A stretch of DNA of 56,356 nt, filler included, from Streblomastix strix (Eukaryota), in NCBI GenBank assembly GCA_008636045.1. It is 2 parts of 2 records of this genome, joined end to end, with 100 filler letters (N's around TTAATTAATTAA, not from the genome) between each part and the next. Parts side by side here need not be neighbours in the genome. Positions count along the whole stretch, not along the records: positions 28,233 to 56,356 come from SNRW01000132.1; 1 more part is not named here. One strand, written 5' to 3'. Below the pieces are notes generated by a model. The model saw only the letters and a program-made list of their open reading frames with translations. It did no database searches and was not told the origin of the DNA. A program made the position numbers and the translations under genes. Shown piece by piece: positions 53,078-56,356 of this stretch (its first letter is position 1; every line of letters starts with the position of its first letter).

Positions 53078-55754
53078 ATGTAAGTCAGAGAAAAAGATAA
53101 ATCAATCACATTCATGAGCTTCAACTAAACCAACACGTATGTAACAATTTAGAATTACCAGAATCAAGTTACAGTTATTATTTTATTTTTCCGTTTTCTT
53201 AACGACGCGCTTGCGCAGATGCCTGATAGTTGGCACAAAGGCGGGATTTAAATTGTTCCGCACATAACCCTTTGAACATTGCACACAAGGCTGTATGCCA
53301 TTCCTCAAAGCGATTTTTTTAACTATATTTTATTGTTTTTTAACTTTACGTTCTGGGTGCCCATTTTTATAGTTCTTGACTATCCGATTCATATATGTGA
53401 AATGTTTTTCTCCACTTCCTTGCTAGCTGTTGTTTGTGCATCGGACGACCCTAAAGGTTTTAAACTCAGAAATTTTTAATTCTACTTTTTCACTGCCTTT
53501 TTAACTTCTAATATACAGAGGAAAATTTCAGCAAGAAAGTACTCTACCTATACAACACAAAAATAGATCACGTCATTTGCTTATTGCGCTTTGCTGAGGA
53601 TATTCATTCGGTAATTCTCAACTAATAGTCGTTTGCTTAATTTTTTGGCTTAAATTTAAACAAATTTCTCCTTTATTTCTTTAAAATAATATTTTTTATA
53701 TATATTTTTCTTTTTTTTATTCATTTAATTAGTCTAATAGTCGTTCTTAGAACATCTATAGTCATATACACACTTGAAAAAATTGAACCAATCTGCACTC
53801 TAGATATATATTTCAGTTTGCTTTCACATAAACAATGCAATATCCAATTTATAAACCAATTCTATATCCTATTTATTTATATTAATAAAATTATTATAAA
53901 TTTATTTTCTGTACTCATTGTTATATATCTCATAATGCAGATTAAACCTCCATTACTCCTGAAATACCAGCTCCTGGATCACCATCTTTCAGACCAAATA
54001 TTGCTGCTCTTTGCCCAAATAAGTTTGTTTATTTATATTTTATATTATGTTTAATTTATAATATTTTAACATTAATCATTAATATTTTGTATATAAATTC
54101 ACATCAATCATTAATTAATTATATATTAATCAGATCTCTCTTAGCATATCCATGCGATCTAACACGAGGAAATGTCTGTCTTGCGTGGTTTGGAGGAGAT
54201 GTATGATTTAAATTATATAATTAGTATTTATTTATTATAGCAATTTAGTATTTATTTCATATTTATTATATTATTAATTAATTTTTATTGTTTGTATTTG
54301 TTTGATTTTAATTATTGTATCAAATTGTAATCAGAGTGGAGGACCAGACAAAGGTATTAATTAATAATTAATATATATTTTATATTCAAATATATTATCA
54401 ATATTTTCAATTATCATATATTATTCTTTATCAATATTATCATTTATCATATATTATTCCTTATCAATATATACATTCATCTATAATATATGCAACTAAC
54501 TATCTAACTAATTAATTTCAATTATATATATTTATATTTCACACCAAATAGACCTCACTTCCTCAGACGGCAGCTCCGTAGGCCTAGGGGGTATTGGATC
54601 ATAATCTGGACCAGTACAATCAGGATAAGGACCATAATAATCATCATAATAAGGAGCTAGTAGTGGAAGTGGTGATTCACAGTTTGGAAACTACCATATA
54701 TTGGAAGCTCATGATCATCCAGTGTGTGCTCTGGCTTTTAGGAAGGATGGGAAGTGGCTTGCAACGGCGTCGGCGAGAGGTTTGTGTTGGGTTTATATTG
54801 GATTGTGTGTTATATGCAATATGAGTTGTTATATTGTATTGTGTTACATGTAATGTTATATAAAAATATGAATATAAAAGAGATTAAAATATTGTATTAT
54901 ATTTATATTGATTATTAAATTTATATATTCAATTCATAATATAACTATAAAATAGGAACATGCATTCGTGTGTGGGATACAACAACAAAGCAGAAAGTGA
55001 TGGAATTCAAACGCTCACACATTGGAAAACCAGCTCTCATAAGATCTTTATGGTATGTAATAGTAGTTTGGTTTTAATATATTATTATTTGCATATTTTT
55101 ATTATTAAATTTTTTGAATGTTAATATATATAATTTAAATCTCACTCATTTTTATTTCTCTATCTTTCTATTTATATTACACTTAATAATTAATCATTTA
55201 GCTTCTCAGAGGATGGTCAACTTCTTGTTGTCTCATCATCATCAACCACAATTCACGTATTCGCTGTCACTGGTGAGCACAAGTCTGACACATCCTTTGC
55301 ATGCATATATCTGAAGGTACATAATAATAGATAATATATAATATATTTGTTTTTTGATATGTTAGATGTAATATATAATAAATTTAGTAATATTTAATAA
55401 ATGTAGAATAAACAAAGGGATTTATAATGAATAATTCGTTTTATAAATTATAATATATTAGGAAGTCGGCATTACTGAAAACTACAACATTTCGTCATTT
55501 GGCTAAAACCAGAATATTATACAAGTTTGAATTGGAAAATTAAATTTAATATTTATTAATTGAAATTTAATATATCAATATATAATAATTCTAATTTATC
55601 AATATATAATAATTCTAATATTTAAATATATAATTATTCTAAGGTCGCATTTGCAGATGGAATGTACTATCATTTCCAGCTTCCAGATCCAACCTCATCG
55701 TCAAAGAAATGCGTTAAAGTTGAGATGTATAATTTGTTGAAGGCGACTATTTGA
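53078..55754 (+). CDS. PROPPIN family WD40 protein (Atg18/WIPI-like), 13 exons
   Basis: MSFNQ..CLIVGTKAGFKLF..QPF; EMFFSTSLLAVV; LLAYP; EAHDHPVCALAFRKDGKWLATASARGTCIRVWD..EFKRS; FSEDGQLLVVSSSSTTIHVF. All 12 GT-AG introns join in frame, including a 19-nt exon at 54335-54353. Confidence 0.92.
54395..54480. repeat. Intronic ~33-bp tandem repeat, about 2.5 copies
   Basis: Unit ttatcaatatt(t/a)tca(a/t)ttatcatatattattc(t/c). Confidence 0.6.
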
Positions 55755-56356
55755 TATCTAAAATTCAAATATATTATAATAATATAATAAGATGAGTAAG
55801 AGAATAAGTGATTTTATATGCATTGGAGTAGATATATGGAACTGGAGTACTTATTTTATTATTATTATTATTATATTTTTTTTACTTTGTTTCAACACAT
55901 TTTAGTTTATTTTATATTATTTTCTCATTCGTTGACCTGAACTTCGAATCTTACTCTTGTTCATAATCCCATTTGCAAACTGCTCTTTATTTACTGTACT
56001 TTAATAATAATAAAAATATATAAAAATATACTGTTTATAATTAAATTGAAAATTTGTTTATTGTTTGATTTAAGATAGTAATTTGCAAGCAGAAATATTA
56101 ATCAGAAAAAGAATATTTGAAATGATCTATAAAACTAAAGTTGAACATATGAAAAAATTTAAAATATAAATGAATTGAAAAAAAAATATTTTTTGAATGA
56201 ATTAAAAAAAAAGAATGAAAAAAGTATCAAATTGAATTATACAAGCCACTGGAGTATGTTAGACTATTATAGATTGAAGTAATGAATATTATGAAAATGA
56301 TTACAACTGTGATTATTTTAGGATTATTTATATGCTGTACATTTTATGATGGTAAA

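Noticed and set aside
1..56356. CRISPR arrays, rRNA or tRNA genes
   Set aside because: No regularly spaced repeat-spacer array or recognisable structural RNA gene was seen.

Overview
AT-rich eukaryotic (protist) DNA with GT-AG introns, using a non-standard code in which TAA/TAG encode Gln. This is why the supplied ORF track is fragmented. The code, composition and gene families fit an oxymonad such as Streblomastix (inference). An artificial 100-bp linker (N44-TTAATTAATTAA-N44, 28133-28232) joins two unrelated contigs. The left contig holds four decayed DIRS-type tyrosine-recombinase retrotransposons. Two are full length (10104-17327 minus; ~18477-26168 plus) with inverted terminal repeats and an internal complementary region (ICR); one is 5'-truncated (~1722-8677) and one is a gag/RT fragment (~26170-28132). 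Their layout is long 5' ORF(s), RT-RNaseH-adenine-methyltransferase-like pol, then YR. One element sits in an AAT inside a tandemly duplicated host gene whose empty site can be rebuilt. The right contig holds a ~660-bp foldback/MITE-like element and six host genes: importin-7/8-like, a Pmp-like GGAI-repeat membrane protein, an MGNC-acylated family protein, a ~2850-codon Q-rich protein ending in a Cep192-like ASH domain, a two-motif repeat protein, and a 13-exon PROPPIN (Atg18/WIPI). Most notable: four in-frame TGA codons inside otherwise open host genes, although TGA also ends every gene; ICRs encoded within the YR C-terminus; and a conserved HPPIP methyltransferase motif. All translations and alignments were done by eye.
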